62,913 nucleotides of DNA, filler included, from Stramenopiles sp. TOSAG23-3 (GCA_900128585.1; 9 parts of 9 records of this genome joined end to end with filler, not necessarily neighbours in it), one strand, 5' to 3'; shown: positions 52,201 through 62,496, counted from the first letter of the whole stretch. The notes: generated by a model from the sequence alone, not told the origin. Made by a program: numbers and translations.

Positions 52201-55200
52201 GAGCTTCGAAATCAGCTGCGCACACTCCAAAAGGTGCAAGCTAAACTTTCCCGCTCTCTTCACTTGGTACCTAGCTGCCTTGACCTGCTGACTGTGCGAA
52301 GTTGCGGCTGCCGACGATTTCTTCTGAGGCGTGGGCAAGAAGGCCGCCTTCGCAAATTTTCCAAACACCGAGCACGCACTGGCAATAAAGCCGCCGTGCT
52401 TGCCGATCTCCCCCATGAGCTTGGTCACAAACTGCGTCGCCAGCTCAAAGTCTTTCGCCCCTATGCACGTGTTCGTTATCATCGTTATGAAGTCGGGACG
52501 ATCCTGCTCTTCGTCAGCAGCCTCCACCCGTTTGCTCGAACGCTTCTGGCGCGACGGGGGCTCGGTGGCCCCTCCCCCGGCGCCCGCCTGGGAATCAGGG
52601 CCATGGCTAAAAAAGTCTTCTACCAACTCGTGATAATTGGACGACCACTCTTGGTCGTAGTCGTCCGAGTCGGTCGGGGGCAAGTAACGATTTCGTAGCT
52701 CAGTAACTGCACTTTCATATAGCTTTCGGCGTTGCTCGATGGTGTCGGCATCAACTGCTTCTATTTTGTCGGCTTCGTTGTAGAACGCGATTGCCCGGTC
52801 TATTGTAGCCCTTGACATCATTTCGTCCAGTTCACCGACCAGACGCACCGGGTCAATAACGTTCCCGTGCACGCAGTGGTTGAGGTAATAGTTTCTGCCG
52901 GAGAGCGTACTCGCAGATTCCACGTCGTACCGTTCCTTCAACACTGTCGAGCACACCCTGAGCATCGTGACCGACAAGATGTTCCTTCCTTCTAGTTTGT
53001 CCCAGCACTTGCACAGCCAGTAGTACCGTAGCCGCGCGTCCCAGTCGTCTTTCATGTAGTGCTCGGCCAAACGAAGCCTCTTCACGCACAGTGGGTCAAA
53101 GTTGGCAATGTCAATCTCCGAATCGGTCGCAGTCTTTCGCAACAGCTGCTGCACACGGTCCTTTTTGGTGCGAACACTGGGGGAGGACAACGGTGGAGCA
53201 GACTCAAGCCTGGTCAGTGCCATCCACATCATGCTTACGCATCGCTTGCATCCTTCAAGGTACATCTTTTTTTTCGCCTTGTAAAACTGCGAATCCATGG
53301 ATATGGAAAGGCTCTTCTTGCCCTTTCCCAAAAAAGTTTCGTTCAGACGATTCAAACTATCAACTTGTATTTCTGCCAAAGTTAGCCACATGATTCCGTC
53401 CGTGTCCGCGCCTAGCCCCGTTGCGACGTTGCACGGCACGTTCAGTTTCAAAATTTTCTTGGCTTGGCCTTTCTTTTTTTTCCTGGTAGTCTTGGACGAA
53501 TCTTTGGATTTTGCGCTTCCTGTCTCCATCGAATCAGGCCTGGCCTTCGAAGGATTTTCTGAGGCGAACGTTCCGTCGCACAATAAATTCCCAACGTTCA
53601 CCTTGATGGAGCCTAGCGGGTCGTAGTAAGAACTTATAAGGGCGATAATGCGGGACAGGACCCCGGACAGGTCCGTGTCTTTCGGGCGTTTGCCGAGCGT
53701 CGACTCTTGCGTTTCAAGGAGGCCCTGCTCGGACGGCCTGGTCGGATGCTGAGGAACCAGGTCTGCGCTGCTGCTCGATTGGGGCGAATAGGTCCATTTC
53801 GTACCGCTCACTGTACACGTTACTTCAAGGTACTTTTGAAGCCAGAACATTATTCCTACCCCTAAACGGTTCATTTCTTCCAAAAACCGACCGACCGTAT
53901 TTCTTTCTTGCTCTATTCTATTCTTAGTCCCCAATTCGTTCCCAGCGGTGTTCCCATCTGCCGGCTCCGCGACGCCCGCATCCTGCTCTGGGGGATCGGA
54001 AACCATGGTGCACTCGTCCTCAATTCCACCCAGAATGCCTTCCACTAAACGGTCTACTTCTGAGGGCTCCGTGGTAGCACCGGGAGAGGCGTCTTGGGCT
54101 TTTGTTCCTGGGTGAAATTCTTCATACCGTTTCACCGCGGCCGCCAACACCTCGACAATGTCTGCAGCTTTCGCCTGTTCCTGCTGGGATAAATCCATCT
54201 CAGCCTTCTCCTGCTTCTTGAGACGTTTGGAAGCGCGTTTCCCTTTCACCGTCACCGGGGCCGGCCCAGCTTTCCGAACTTCCCCCGCCTTCGTAGACGA
54301 CGACGTGCCCTTTTCCCTTGCCTTCCTTGCGCTTAGTTTTGCTTTCTTGCTGCTGGAGCTCGGCGCTTTGCTACCACTGGGCGAAGGACCGGCGTCAGCT
54401 TTGGCATCGTCTTGCGGCAGCGACCGTTTTCGACTGCTACCGCTGCCCGCCTCTTCTTGTCTAGGCGGGCCACCTTTATCTTCGCTCTTCTTGGCGCCCC
54501 CCGGGGCGCTCGGAACAGGCGCGTCTCCTGCAACCCTAGCGCTCGCGGCGGTCCGGTCCCATCCGCTCGGCAGCGCGGGCGCCAGGCTCCTTGCGGCCCT
54601 CGGCGAGTGGTCGTAGATTCGTATGGCCGCCGCCGGCAATTTGGTAATTTTACCCACCCGGTTGATGCGTACCAGCAAGTTTCCTAGCCCGACGAAGGTC
54701 ACGTCCTTTAAGGAGTACTCATATTCATGGCGAAGGACTGCCGGCAACGACGCGAGGGAACCAGCGTTCGATTGCTCGCGTTGGGCTTTCAGGGATGTTA
54801 CATTTGACCACACGGTGCTACGGGTGCCCGAGTGGGCTTTGCTTTCTGCGTGGGCGAACCCTCCTGGGGCAGTGCGAAAGGGGTTGTGCGTATCTATGGT
54901 CGGGTAGGCGCTATGGTTGCTCTGGGAGACAAGCCCAAAGTGTCCGGTGTTCGTGGTAGCATGGTGAAACACGCTGTCTTTGGTCGCCTTTTCCAGCATT
55001 TGCCTCGCTCGAATGTACCCCACCCGGTCGTTTATCCCTTTCTCGCAGAGCAGGTCTACCAAACGCCGCAAGCAAAGCAAATGCTTTGGGTTCATCTGCA
55101 GTGCCCGCTCCAAGTAGTGCCTCGCCTTCACCAACTGCTGCTGCCCGGCCGCGATCGTCGCCATTTTGTACCACACCCCCAAATCGCAGTTTTCTACGTC

Positions 55201-55689
55201 GATGGCGGAGTGATAAAAGGCCAAAGAGTCCTCCAACTTGTTTTCCTTGTGGGCCATTTCGCCCAAGTGCTTGAAGCACAGGTACCGTATACGGTTCAAT
55301 ACGTTCAGGTTGCCGTTTGCCGACGTTTCTGTCGTTTCCAGCAATCGTTTTGCCTGAAGATTACTGCCGGACGGGTCAGACTCGGCAAGTATTTCATTGT
55401 AATGCCGTCTGCTCTCTTCCCAGGCCTCGTCCCCCGGCGAGCTTTTTGACCGTCCTTTCAGAGCTTGCTGGTACAGCACGGAGAGTCGAGACTGATACGC
55501 TTCGTCGGACTCTTCGTAAACGTCCTCTTCATCGTCTTGTTCCATAGTGAGTGAAACGTCGCCCCCATTTTGCACAGTACCCCCGTCCGTGGCAGCCCCA
55601 TCGATCGGACTGTTGCCGTCTACCCCAACGGCGAGCTCCGTCCCTGATGCGACTGGTTCGTGGTCCCGGACAGTGACCCAGCTCGACAT
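49237..55689 (-). CDS. CABIN1: CABIN1/Hir3 (HIRA histone chaperone complex TPR subunit)
   Basis: 2150-aa single ORF. LYQQAL...RYLCFKHLG...FYHSAIDVENCDLGVWYK...ARHYLERALQMNPKH and DLYHNPWRAQSW match the CABIN1 TPR pattern. Confidence 0.85.
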   Translation of the reverse strand: MSSWVTVRDHEPVASGTELAVGVDGNSPIDGAATDGGTVQNGGDVSLTMEQDDEEDVYEESDEAYQSRLSVLYQQALKGRSKSSPGDEAWEESRRHYNEILAESDPSGSNLQAKRLLETTETSANGNLNVLNRIRYLCFKHLGEMAHKENKLEDSLAFYHSAIDVENCDLGVWYKMATIAAGQQQLVKARHYLERALQMNPKHLLCLRRLVDLLCEKGINDRVGYIRARQMLEKATKDSVFHHATTNTGHFGLVSQSNHSAYPTIDTHNPFRTAPGGFAHAESKAHSGTRSTVWSNVTSLKAQREQSNAGSLASLPAVLRHEYEYSLKDVTFVGLGNLLVRINRVGKITKLPAAAIRIYDHSPRAARSLAPALPSGWDRTAASARVAGDAPVPSAPGGAKKSEDKGGPPRQEEAGSGSSRKRSLPQDDAKADAGPSPSGSKAPSSSSKKAKLSARKAREKGTSSSTKAGEVRKAGPAPVTVKGKRASKRLKKQEKAEMDLSQQEQAKAADIVEVLAAAVKRYEEFHPGTKAQDASPGATTEPSEVDRLVEGILGGIEDECTMVSDPPEQDAGVAEPADGNTAGNELGTKNRIEQERNTVGRFLEEMNRLGVGIMFWLQKYLEVTCTVSGTKWTYSPQSSSSADLVPQHPTRPSEQGLLETQESTLGKRPKDTDLSGVLSRIIALISSYYDPLGSIKVNVGNLLCDGTFASENPSKARPDSMETGSAKSKDSSKTTRKKKKGQAKKILKLNVPCNVATGLGADTDGIMWLTLAEIQVDSLNRLNETFLGKGKKSLSISMDSQFYKAKKKMYLEGCKRCVSMMWMALTRLESAPPLSSPSVRTKKDRVQQLLRKTATDSEIDIANFDPLCVKRLRLAEHYMKDDWDARLRYYWLCKCWDKLEGRNILSVTMLRVCSTVLKERYDVESASTLSGRNYYLNHCVHGNVIDPVRLVGELDEMMSRATIDRAIAFYNEADKIEAVDADTIEQRRKLYESAVTELRNRYLPPTDSDDYDQEWSSNYHELVEDFFSHGPDSQAGAGGGATEPPSRQKRSSKRVEAADEEQDRPDFITMITNTCIGAKDFELATQFVTKLMGEIGKHGGFIASACSVFGKFAKAAFLPTPQKKSSAAATSHSQQVKAARYQVKRAGKFSLHLLECAQLISKLCPVSKRQTLWEDVKGVLPPFVRMMALMQNRALYEMVVSISYSFGDMAFTLSLTLRLANNCYASIQNTLDSDPKTVPKKSKVASVSRSEQRYNKRLTYAHDGAKQVQSDLLRENIDTSCDRDLVGFLQACMEVPVDYFSPHMLRANVGDSDAFISLYFAVLRLAVNVVDISKRQPPLRYAGLNMFFTFSCYVVDMHQTSTDGDGNRALRERYEYLVGVINALHAQLSKWGLTTARRGQLLKSVIGVLHFMLKNDRLEDWFEDHVEKFDFYGVPLGRAYFDVFKIQTHPWFETDTREHAYLRLSEESLSFCARLFEFARPSLLDESVKNRRLLLDEICSVYSTEEALSKSPYRSSVAQYLRGISHEEDPSGAAAPGMSDALEACSWLSPSAVESLGETSRQSFSVERSLFEMTVKNMSVRMEKNVNIFEQFEKRIQVLEHDLYHNPWRAQSWYELGDSASVLLNYELDRFVWPRELAPPLPQGKPSNEETGQVLPANEHGKAAFSSGAAQLSLVNIPHLREIARRAFVMGEKVLKAYPDETVKFHESHCHEQIGILLYNQSRKMAIFGISMEKRLPVLLSAFEAFEKSSKLSPGPIHEMLLGKLALKMDSMPLNGAQSNDGSAGGSGQGVLKAHKRALEYFKKAHDHAKRLKADVEVREGRRFTSNVEKADRVLEYTTYRLYASTLKAVLASHTAKDYSAVKFFERLLPGYRVSRNSAPAARLFGLLQEAIKQLRTLIPRSWCFSEHRPRYMWAKAILHGKEIAEAAGVNSDELASEWGAKASLEVYRKLFIRKLPENGGAFKFERHLVYVFTEDGKEKIKNTFDLLDMRQMKLFGTVRKKYIAGYIDLLEKCRALREMGEYLAALEKFIGDRKSKEQHFRPMVYGLLETLLNSISQVVLGTTGTIDPREAEETLKITYHAYLSSLVFAPAVKDVLNRAVVQAFDAYQVNFGAASKTVPEILQYLEQKWPAVKNKADTNRAKVRFKLKR

Positions 55690-55937
55690 CCCGAAACGAA
55701 CGCAAGACCCTCACCTCAGCACACCAGAAAGAAAGAAACACGAACGGAACAGGAAGAAGAAAAAAACTAAACTAACAGAACGGAATGAGGAAACAGTGTT
55801 TACAAATTTTCAATAGTATCAAAACTATCTTTTTGTAAATGTATATATAAAAAAAGATATTCCAATTCCAATTCAATCCTTCAAAATTCAATTCAATTCA
55901 ATCCTACAACTTCTTAGAAAAAACAACAACTACTACA

Positions 55938-56037
55938 NNNNNNNNNNNNNNNNNNNNNNNNNNNNNNNNNNNNNNNNNNNNTTAATTAATTAANNNNNNN
56001 NNNNNNNNNNNNNNNNNNNNNNNNNNNNNNNNNNNNN
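55938..56037. other. Artificial contig linker
   Basis: N44-TTAATTAATTAA-N44. Confidence 0.98.
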
Positions 56038-56556
56038 GGCCACGAAATTGTATCGATTGGGTGTGATGGGAAACCGCAGAAGGATACTTCCAACTTCAGC
56101 CTGCAAGATATGAGGACGGCGTTGAAAAGGGCAGAGGCAGAGTGCGGTCGGTGCAAGATAGAATTCAAAGACCCGCACGGTGAAATTACAGGAGATACGA
56201 CGGTTGGCAGGGGCGGCATTGCTGCGCTGCGGCATGTGGCCGCGTACTACGGGAGGTTTCAGGCCCGCCGAGGTAAGGTTCAAAGCATGGGGGATATTTT
56301 TCGGAAGAGAGAAGCGAGGGATTCGTACTCGTTGAAGATCAAGAAAGCGGCAGAAAATGCCGTCATCACCAAATTATCGGTGGACAACGACGCAAGGAAG
56401 CGCCACCAGCGGATTCAAGAGCGCGTTTCAGAAATCAAACAAAAGAAGAAGACAAAAGAAGGTGATGGCGAAGAAGTGGTGGAGGCTGACGCAGAAAGCG
56501 AAACGGTGCCAACAGCAGGAGGAAAGTACGTCGTGCAAGCGGCAACTCCATCGTAA
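56038..56556 (+). CDS. 3' end (PDZ C-terminal half plus tail) of a paralogue of the gene at 2-3442
   Basis: GHEIVSIGCDGKPQKDT...CKIEFKDP...HVAAYYGRFQ...AESETVPTAGGKYVVQAATP aligns with 2960-3442. Confidence 0.85.
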   Translation, partial: GHEIVSIGCDGKPQKDTSNFSLQDMRTALKRAEAECGRCKIEFKDPHGEITGDTTVGRGGIAALRHVAAYYGRFQARRGKVQSMGDIFRKREARDSYSLKIKKAAENAVITKLSVDNDARKRHQRIQERVSEIKQKKKTKEGDGEEVVEADAESETVPTAGGKYVVQAATPS

Positions 56557-57095
56557 AAACAAGGGGAGAACCATATGAGTCGTCCTAGAAGTCGGAGATT
56601 AATAATAAATATTCTACTCGGCCCCTGACCCCTGACAAAATTGGAAAAGGTGGAGGAAGCGGTTCACAATTCACAAATCGAGGAACTGTTACTATTACAT
56701 AGAAATAATAGGCATTAATATACTATAGTACTTTATTTATACATAAAAATAGCAAGGGGTGTGTTTTCTCTTCTTTTCAAACTCTTCTTTTCAACAACAA
56801 AATAATCAGAAGATGATCGCTCCTTTATTATTTCTCTTCTTCTTCATTCAGCTGCTCGGTGGTGCTCTTCCTCAACACAAAGCAGAAGTTCAAGTTAGAA
56901 GTACATTCTTCTTTCTCTACTTTTTCTCTGTTAAAGAGAAAGAAAGAAGAAATTAAAAAGTAGATAAAGATGATTATACGTAAAACATAAAAGGCGCAAC
57001 GGTTCAAAAATATTTTTTAGAACGGAGTGCGATTCAAAGTTTTGCCAAATCAGTATTGGTTGTTTGGTCCCTGCTGGATTTTATCGCTCTTCACA

Positions 57096-58584
57096 ATGAA
57101 ACTATTCATCGGCGCGCTTCTCCTGTTTTCAGTGGGCTGTCCTCTCGACGTCTGGCGATAGTAAACTGTACCAGGTGTCTACGGATGGTATGGACTACAA
57201 ATTGGGCCCTCCGTATGTGCTGGAACTACGTGGAAACCGAACGACGGTGGGGTTCGACGCAGGATTTTTGTTAGGGGAAAAGTCCAGTGAGTCGTACACC
57301 GAGTTTATGCTGTGGAAGTTCGGGGCAAAGTATAAGTTGGTCGAGTCCATCATGGATGGGGTCTGGAACACCACGTTGGCGCACTACGTGCCAAAAGACA
57401 TGCTGGAAGAATTTGATGCGATTTCCCGTGGAGCATGGGCCGCGGGGCTCAACAAGACCGTGAGCGTCGGCCAGCAGCAGAAACGGATGGTCACCTTGGC
57501 GACCTTGCCCGCAGACTTGGTCAACATTGTCCGCCTCGTTGAGAGTGACTACGAACAAGGAATGCCAGAGAGTCTGAAGGAAAAAATAAACAAAGCGTTA
57601 AAGGCGATGGAGGAAAAATCAGGAATACCGCCAGGAAATATCCCTTACCCGAATGGAACGTTCCCGAAACCAACAGCTAGAGGGGCGCTTCCTTTGTCTC
57701 AGACCCGCCCGGGGTTTTGTGATTTCCTGGCGGTATGGGGGAAACGGACGGAGGACGGGAGGCTTATCTCGACGAGGAATTTGGACTGGGGAAAACAGAG
57801 TGGCCTCGCCAAATACAAACTAATCACCGTGTGGAACATTGAAGGGAAAACCCCGTACGCAACGATTGGTTTCGCCGGTGCGCTGACGGCATCGATCGCA
57901 GGAATGTCGAAAGCCGGGATAACAGTGTCCGAGGCAAACCTTGACAACGCAAACGTAACGTTTCGTGGGTTCCCGTGGCCTCTGCGGTTGAGGCATATCA
58001 TGGAAGAGGCCACCGACCTAGCAAGTGCGCGCAAAGTCTGGGCCAGTGCCAACAACACTGCAGCGTTTAACTTTTTGATTGGCAGCGCGAGCGATGCGCC
58101 GAAGGGGCCAGCGGCGATGGCCATGGAAACGATGAAAGATTTTACTGCGTACTTTTACGACAACAGCCCCATCGAAAAGGAGGCGAAATGGGAGAACAGT
58201 GTCATCGGAAAGCCAATGCCCGATGCAGTGTGGCGGTCCAACCATGCCCTTCACCCGACGGTCATGTCCACGCAAGAAAACCTTTGGAATGATACAATAT
58301 GGAGATACATGGAACTGCACAATTTGATCGAGGAGAAGAGTACGGGCGGGAAGGCAATGACTGCTGAAGATGTCGTGTACATTGTAAGCGTTCTCGGGAT
58401 AAAAGGGACGAATTATTTGACGTGCGACCAAGACTTTGCCGAAGGGGATAATATAATGTCGATTGTCTACGACCCAAGCAAGCACAACGCCATTGTGTCT
58501 TGGGAAGATGGGATGACCGATCAAGACTGGCGACCCGCCGCATGCAACAAGTACATCTTATTTGATCTTAGTCGTGTGTTTTAA
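57096..58584 (+). CDS. Secreted Ntn-hydrolase (peptidase C45 / acid ceramidase-like); 5' structure uncertain
   Basis: Cys nucleophile context FCDFLAVWGKRTEDGRLISTRNLDW; AGMSKAGITVSE; WRSNH. The signal peptide MKLFIGALLLFSV (ATG 57096) is out of frame with the main ORF. Confidence 0.85.
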
Positions 58585-58631
58585 CATTAATTTAAGACAA
58601 AAAGTAGAGATATATACGTAAATACATTTTT

Positions 58632-58714
58632 NNNNNNNNNNNNNNNNNNNNNNNNNNNNNNNNNNNNNNNNNNNNNNNNNNNNNNNNNNNNNNNNNNNNN
58701 NNNNNNNNNNNNNN
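58632..58714. other. Scaffold gap (83 N)
   Basis: N run without the linker palindrome. Confidence 0.95.
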
Positions 58715-59369
58715 TTAACCCTATTTCTATCATTCATATATTTAAACCCTATTATTAACATTTATTAGAATCTCCTTGGCGTTTCTTCCTTCCTCTTCTT
58801 CTTCCTCTTCTTCTTCTTCTTCGACAACTTTCTTTTTTTAATAAAGAAAGAAAGAAAGAAAGAAAGAAAGAAGAATGAAGTTACGTTACTAAAATAATAA
58901 AATAAGAAGAAGAGAGCGAGGAGCCTCTTCTTCTTCTTTCTTCTTCTTTCTTCTTCTTCATCTTCTTCTTCTTCTCTGGAAAAAAATAACGTAAAAAAGA
59001 AAGAGATAACATAAACACAACAAGAGAAGAAAGAAAGAAAAAAAGAAAGAAAAGTTCTAACTTCTTCTTCTTCTTATAATTCTGATCGTATAGTAATTCC
59101 TATTATATTTCCTTGTTGTTGTTGGTACAATAATATAACCGACCTTCTTTTCTTCGTTTTTAATTAATAAATTAATTAAAAGTCGACGTTACAATTATTA
59201 GTAGTAGATCTCATTGTAGAAGAATCTCATTTGCAATAAAACGTTTCTAATGAAATCAGTTTTTCTTCTTCTTTATTCCTGGATTTTTGTATTAACAGAC
59301 TTGCATTTTTTGTTGTTGTTCACCAACAAGAGAAGATTGTAAACGTATCCCTTACAAACAAGAAATAAT

Positions 59370-60491
59370 ATGACGGACGCTGCAGCTGGGTATGGCGACC
59401 CCCAATCGCCCATGTCGGAAGGAGAATACTTAGAAGAACCCGCCTTGCGGTTCGTGGCGCCTTTGATAGAAGGGCGCCCCCCTGCGGCTCGCGGTGGGCA
59501 CACTAGCGCCTTAGTGAACGACGATACGATTGTTCTGTTCGGGGGTACTTACTTTGAAGGGGATGGGGTGTTCAAGTATCTGAACGATGTGTGGTGCCTG
59601 GACCTTGGTGCGATGACATGGTACCAGCCCAAACTGCAGCAGGGCGCCGTCCCGGACGGGCGGTACGGCCACAGTGCGACATTAGTGGGGAAAGAATGGT
59701 TCATTTTCGGAGGCCGGGGAAAAAAGGGAAAGCATTTGAAAGACATGTGGAGGCTGGACATGTCAAAGGGCACGTTCCGGTGGGACCGGATCAGCAGCGC
59801 GACGGCGCCCCCCTCTGCGCGGATGGGGCACTCGCAGTGCTTGGTCGGGGACAAAATTGTCATATTTGGGGGTTACGACGAGAAGCAAACGTACGGGGAC
59901 TTGTGGGTGTTTGATACGGTCGCGATGACCTGGCTGCGCCCTCGCACGGCAGGCCGCGCGCCGTCTCCGCGGTACAACCACACCATGGAGGTCCTTCCCG
60001 ACGGAAGAATTCTAGTCTTTGCGGGGTACTGCACGGTCCCCAAGAAGGGCTCCGAGTACTTGCAGGACGTGCGCGAGTTGGATACAGAGACCATGGTCTG
60101 GAGCCGGCCGCGCGTTATCGGAGAGTTCCCTAAAAAGCGCATGCAGCACGCAACATGCATGATGGGCCGACAAATGATCATGTTTGGTGGGTGGACTGGT
60201 ACCAAAAACAAGGATTGGTCGGACAAGGGAGAGGGGAAAGAGGACGGCGCAGAGGGGGTAGCAAAGAGTTCCCTCAACCTGCTGTGCCTCGACACAGACT
60301 CCATGGAATGGTTCTTTCCAACGTTTAGCGGGAAAGAGCCAGAGAGGCTTTACGGCCATACAGTAACGCGCGTGGGTACTAGCTTGTTCTTGGTTGGCGG
60401 GTGGGATGGTACGCGGCCATTGAACGAAGTTGTTGTCCTCGAATTTCCTCCCCCCGATGAGGGAAGAGACGGAGAAGCATTCGAAGAGTAA
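59370..60491 (+). CDS. Six-bladed Kelch-repeat protein (RABEPK/KLHDC-like)
   Basis: Six PxxRxxH...FGG...W blades (ARGGH, GRYGH, ARMGH, PRYNH, KRMQH, RLYGH). Confidence 0.92.
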   Translation: MTDAAAGYGDPQSPMSEGEYLEEPALRFVAPLIEGRPPAARGGHTSALVNDDTIVLFGGTYFEGDGVFKYLNDVWCLDLGAMTWYQPKLQQGAVPDGRYGHSATLVGKEWFIFGGRGKKGKHLKDMWRLDMSKGTFRWDRISSATAPPSARMGHSQCLVGDKIVIFGGYDEKQTYGDLWVFDTVAMTWLRPRTAGRAPSPRYNHTMEVLPDGRILVFAGYCTVPKKGSEYLQDVRELDTETMVWSRPRVIGEFPKKRMQHATCMMGRQMIMFGGWTGTKNKDWSDKGEGKEDGAEGVAKSSLNLLCLDTDSMEWFFPTFSGKEPERLYGHTVTRVGTSLFLVGGWDGTRPLNEVVVLEFPPPDEGRDGEAFEE

Positions 60492-61179
60492 ATTGTAGAG
60501 TCCGGCGGGATCACTTCTTTTCATAAGTTATAAGGGAACGTAGGTCTCGAGAGAGTAAAATTTAATTTTTCATATATACACATATGATAAATGAAAAATA
60601 CTCTGGCGGAGTGCGAGCAGCCTTATTTTTTTACTTGTACACAACCCGAAGCGTGCCAAACAACCGCGGAGGAAGCGCACACGTGTTTGCACCTATCTAG
60701 CATCGCGTCGAAGTTGTCTAAACTAGAGTTTTTAATTTAAGAACCGATTGTCTGCAACAAAAATGAGTGAATAATTTCAATATACATACACACTATACAT
60801 GCTTTGCATTTACGTCACAGTGTCTCTGTATGGCAGTTGGCTGTTTCTGCCGCCCTCCCCCCAATCCCTTCAACTTTCCACCATTCCCCCCTGCTTTGTT
60901 TTCTACGGTGCGTCCCTGAGCACAGTGCATTAAATCTAGGCGTGTTCATTCAAAAAGGCTCTTGTGTCAAACTTCCAAACTTTGAAACAAGGCGAATGCA
61001 TCTAAATGATGCTGTGCGTAGAAACCGAAAGCAGGCGGCATCGTTCCTCAAATTCCTGCTATCAGTCCAGGGTCTATGTTCTTCTTCTTGTGCATTACCT
61101 CAATCTATGTATCTCTATCGTTGGTACCGGACCGGCACGCCGGGCAAGTACCCAAACCATTCTGCAACCACGCTAATCC

Positions 61180-62496
61180 TCAAAATATTCTATTGGAACT
61201 CTTCAACGGTGTTGCGATGCGACCGTTGTCCTGCGAGATGTGCCTCTTCAAGTACCGGTTCAACTGGTTCTTGACGTCGTCTACTTTTCCTGATTTAAAG
61301 CTCGCTGGTAGCGATGCGCGCGACGAATGGAACAGAGCGTTGTGGTTTTCAACTTCTGGGACGATCGGCGAGGCGTACCGGTTCGCAAAGTACGCGTTCT
61401 CGTTGCCTCCGGTGTCGTCGGCCATGGTGATCTCATCGACCAGGGTGCCGGCGGCGGCCGCGACCGAGGTGGCGGCCTGGGCCGTCCCGTGCACCAGGGC
61501 TTGTATCAAAGAGCTCGACTGCGGGCTTTTTAACGCACTCCCCGAGGCTTGCTGCGGCGAGGGGCGAAAGTAGCGGCTAGAACCGTGGCTAGAGACCGTG
61601 CGCGGCGTGGTGGAGGCGGGCTTCTTTCCCGACGCCGCCACGTGTTCGGTCGCCGCCTTGGGGGCCACCTGCTGTTGGGTGTTCAGCCAGCGGCTTGCCA
61701 TCCCGATGGCCCCGCTGTACATCTCGTTCTCCGCGAAGGAGTTCCCTACCCCGCCCATGATGCCCTTCGAGAGGGAGGTGCGGTTCTGCATCGCCGGCTC
61801 GACGTCCGAGACGAAGTGGTCCCCTGGAATGTACGACACGTGCAGCTCCTCGATGGTGGCCTGGTCCAGCGCGTGGACGTTCACCGAGATCCCGCCCTCG
61901 GACGGGTTGCCACGAGGGACCCCCATCGTGTGCACGCCGCACACGCTGCAGAACAAGTGCTTCGCCGTGTGCGTCCCGAACGTGTACACGGAGAGGAACT
62001 CAGCCCCAGATACCAGGGTAAAGTCTTCCCCGGCCACGTAGACGTACGGGAAGCGGCCCTTCTTTGTGCCCATGCTAGAGCTGCAGTCCACGGCCCGAAT
62101 GATGGCCGGGGCTTGAACGGTGAACTTGACTCGCTGGCAGTGGCAGGCGCCGCTGTGCGTGACGAGCTCTTCCACGTCCGGGTTGTAACGGGTCGCGTGG
62201 AACGTGTCCATGGTGTGGCGGTGCAAGTCTGCCTTGGCGCGCAGGCTTTCCTGGCGCTGTAAGGCTAGCCGACGCTGCTTTTGCCATCGTTTGAACCATC
62301 GCTGGACGTACACGACGCCGCCCAGAAAGCCAATAACGCCGGCCGCCCCAAGGGCCCTGTCCCACGTGGACTGAGAAATTTGCAAACCGATAACAACCTT
62401 GTCTGGGTTTGTGGCTGACTGCTGCGACACCATCTGCACGTTGGGTGCACCAATATCCTGGACAGTTTCCGTCACACGCCGCAAGTAGTTGGACAT
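61180..62496 (-). CDS. Membrane-anchored CENP-V/GFA-domain protein
   Basis: TM ALGAAGVIGFLGGVVYV; HSGACHC...YTFGTHTAKHLFCSVCGV...RGNP...SVNVHALD; disordered C-terminus. Confidence 0.85.
   Translation of the reverse strand: MSNYLRRVTETVQDIGAPNVQMVSQQSATNPDKVVIGLQISQSTWDRALGAAGVIGFLGGVVYVQRWFKRWQKQRRLALQRQESLRAKADLHRHTMDTFHATRYNPDVEELVTHSGACHCQRVKFTVQAPAIIRAVDCSSSMGTKKGRFPYVYVAGEDFTLVSGAEFLSVYTFGTHTAKHLFCSVCGVHTMGVPRGNPSEGGISVNVHALDQATIEELHVSYIPGDHFVSDVEPAMQNRTSLSKGIMGGVGNSFAENEMYSGAIGMASRWLNTQQQVAPKAATEHVAASGKKPASTTPRTVSSHGSSRYFRPSPQQASGSALKSPQSSSLIQALVHGTAQAATSVAAAAGTLVDEITMADDTGGNENAYFANRYASPIVPEVENHNALFHSSRASLPASFKSGKVDDVKNQLNRYLKRHISQDNGRIATPLKSSNRIF

Noticed and set aside
6976..55993. 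TTAATTAATTAA palindrome recurring about every 7 kb as a biological element
   Set aside because: Always centred in N44/N44; a synthetic all-frame stop linker.
9598..57140. Programmed ribosomal frameshifting as a shared explanation for the broken genes
   Set aside because: No common slippery or stop motif, both shift directions occur, and some sites lack conserved residues, which fits indels or deletions.
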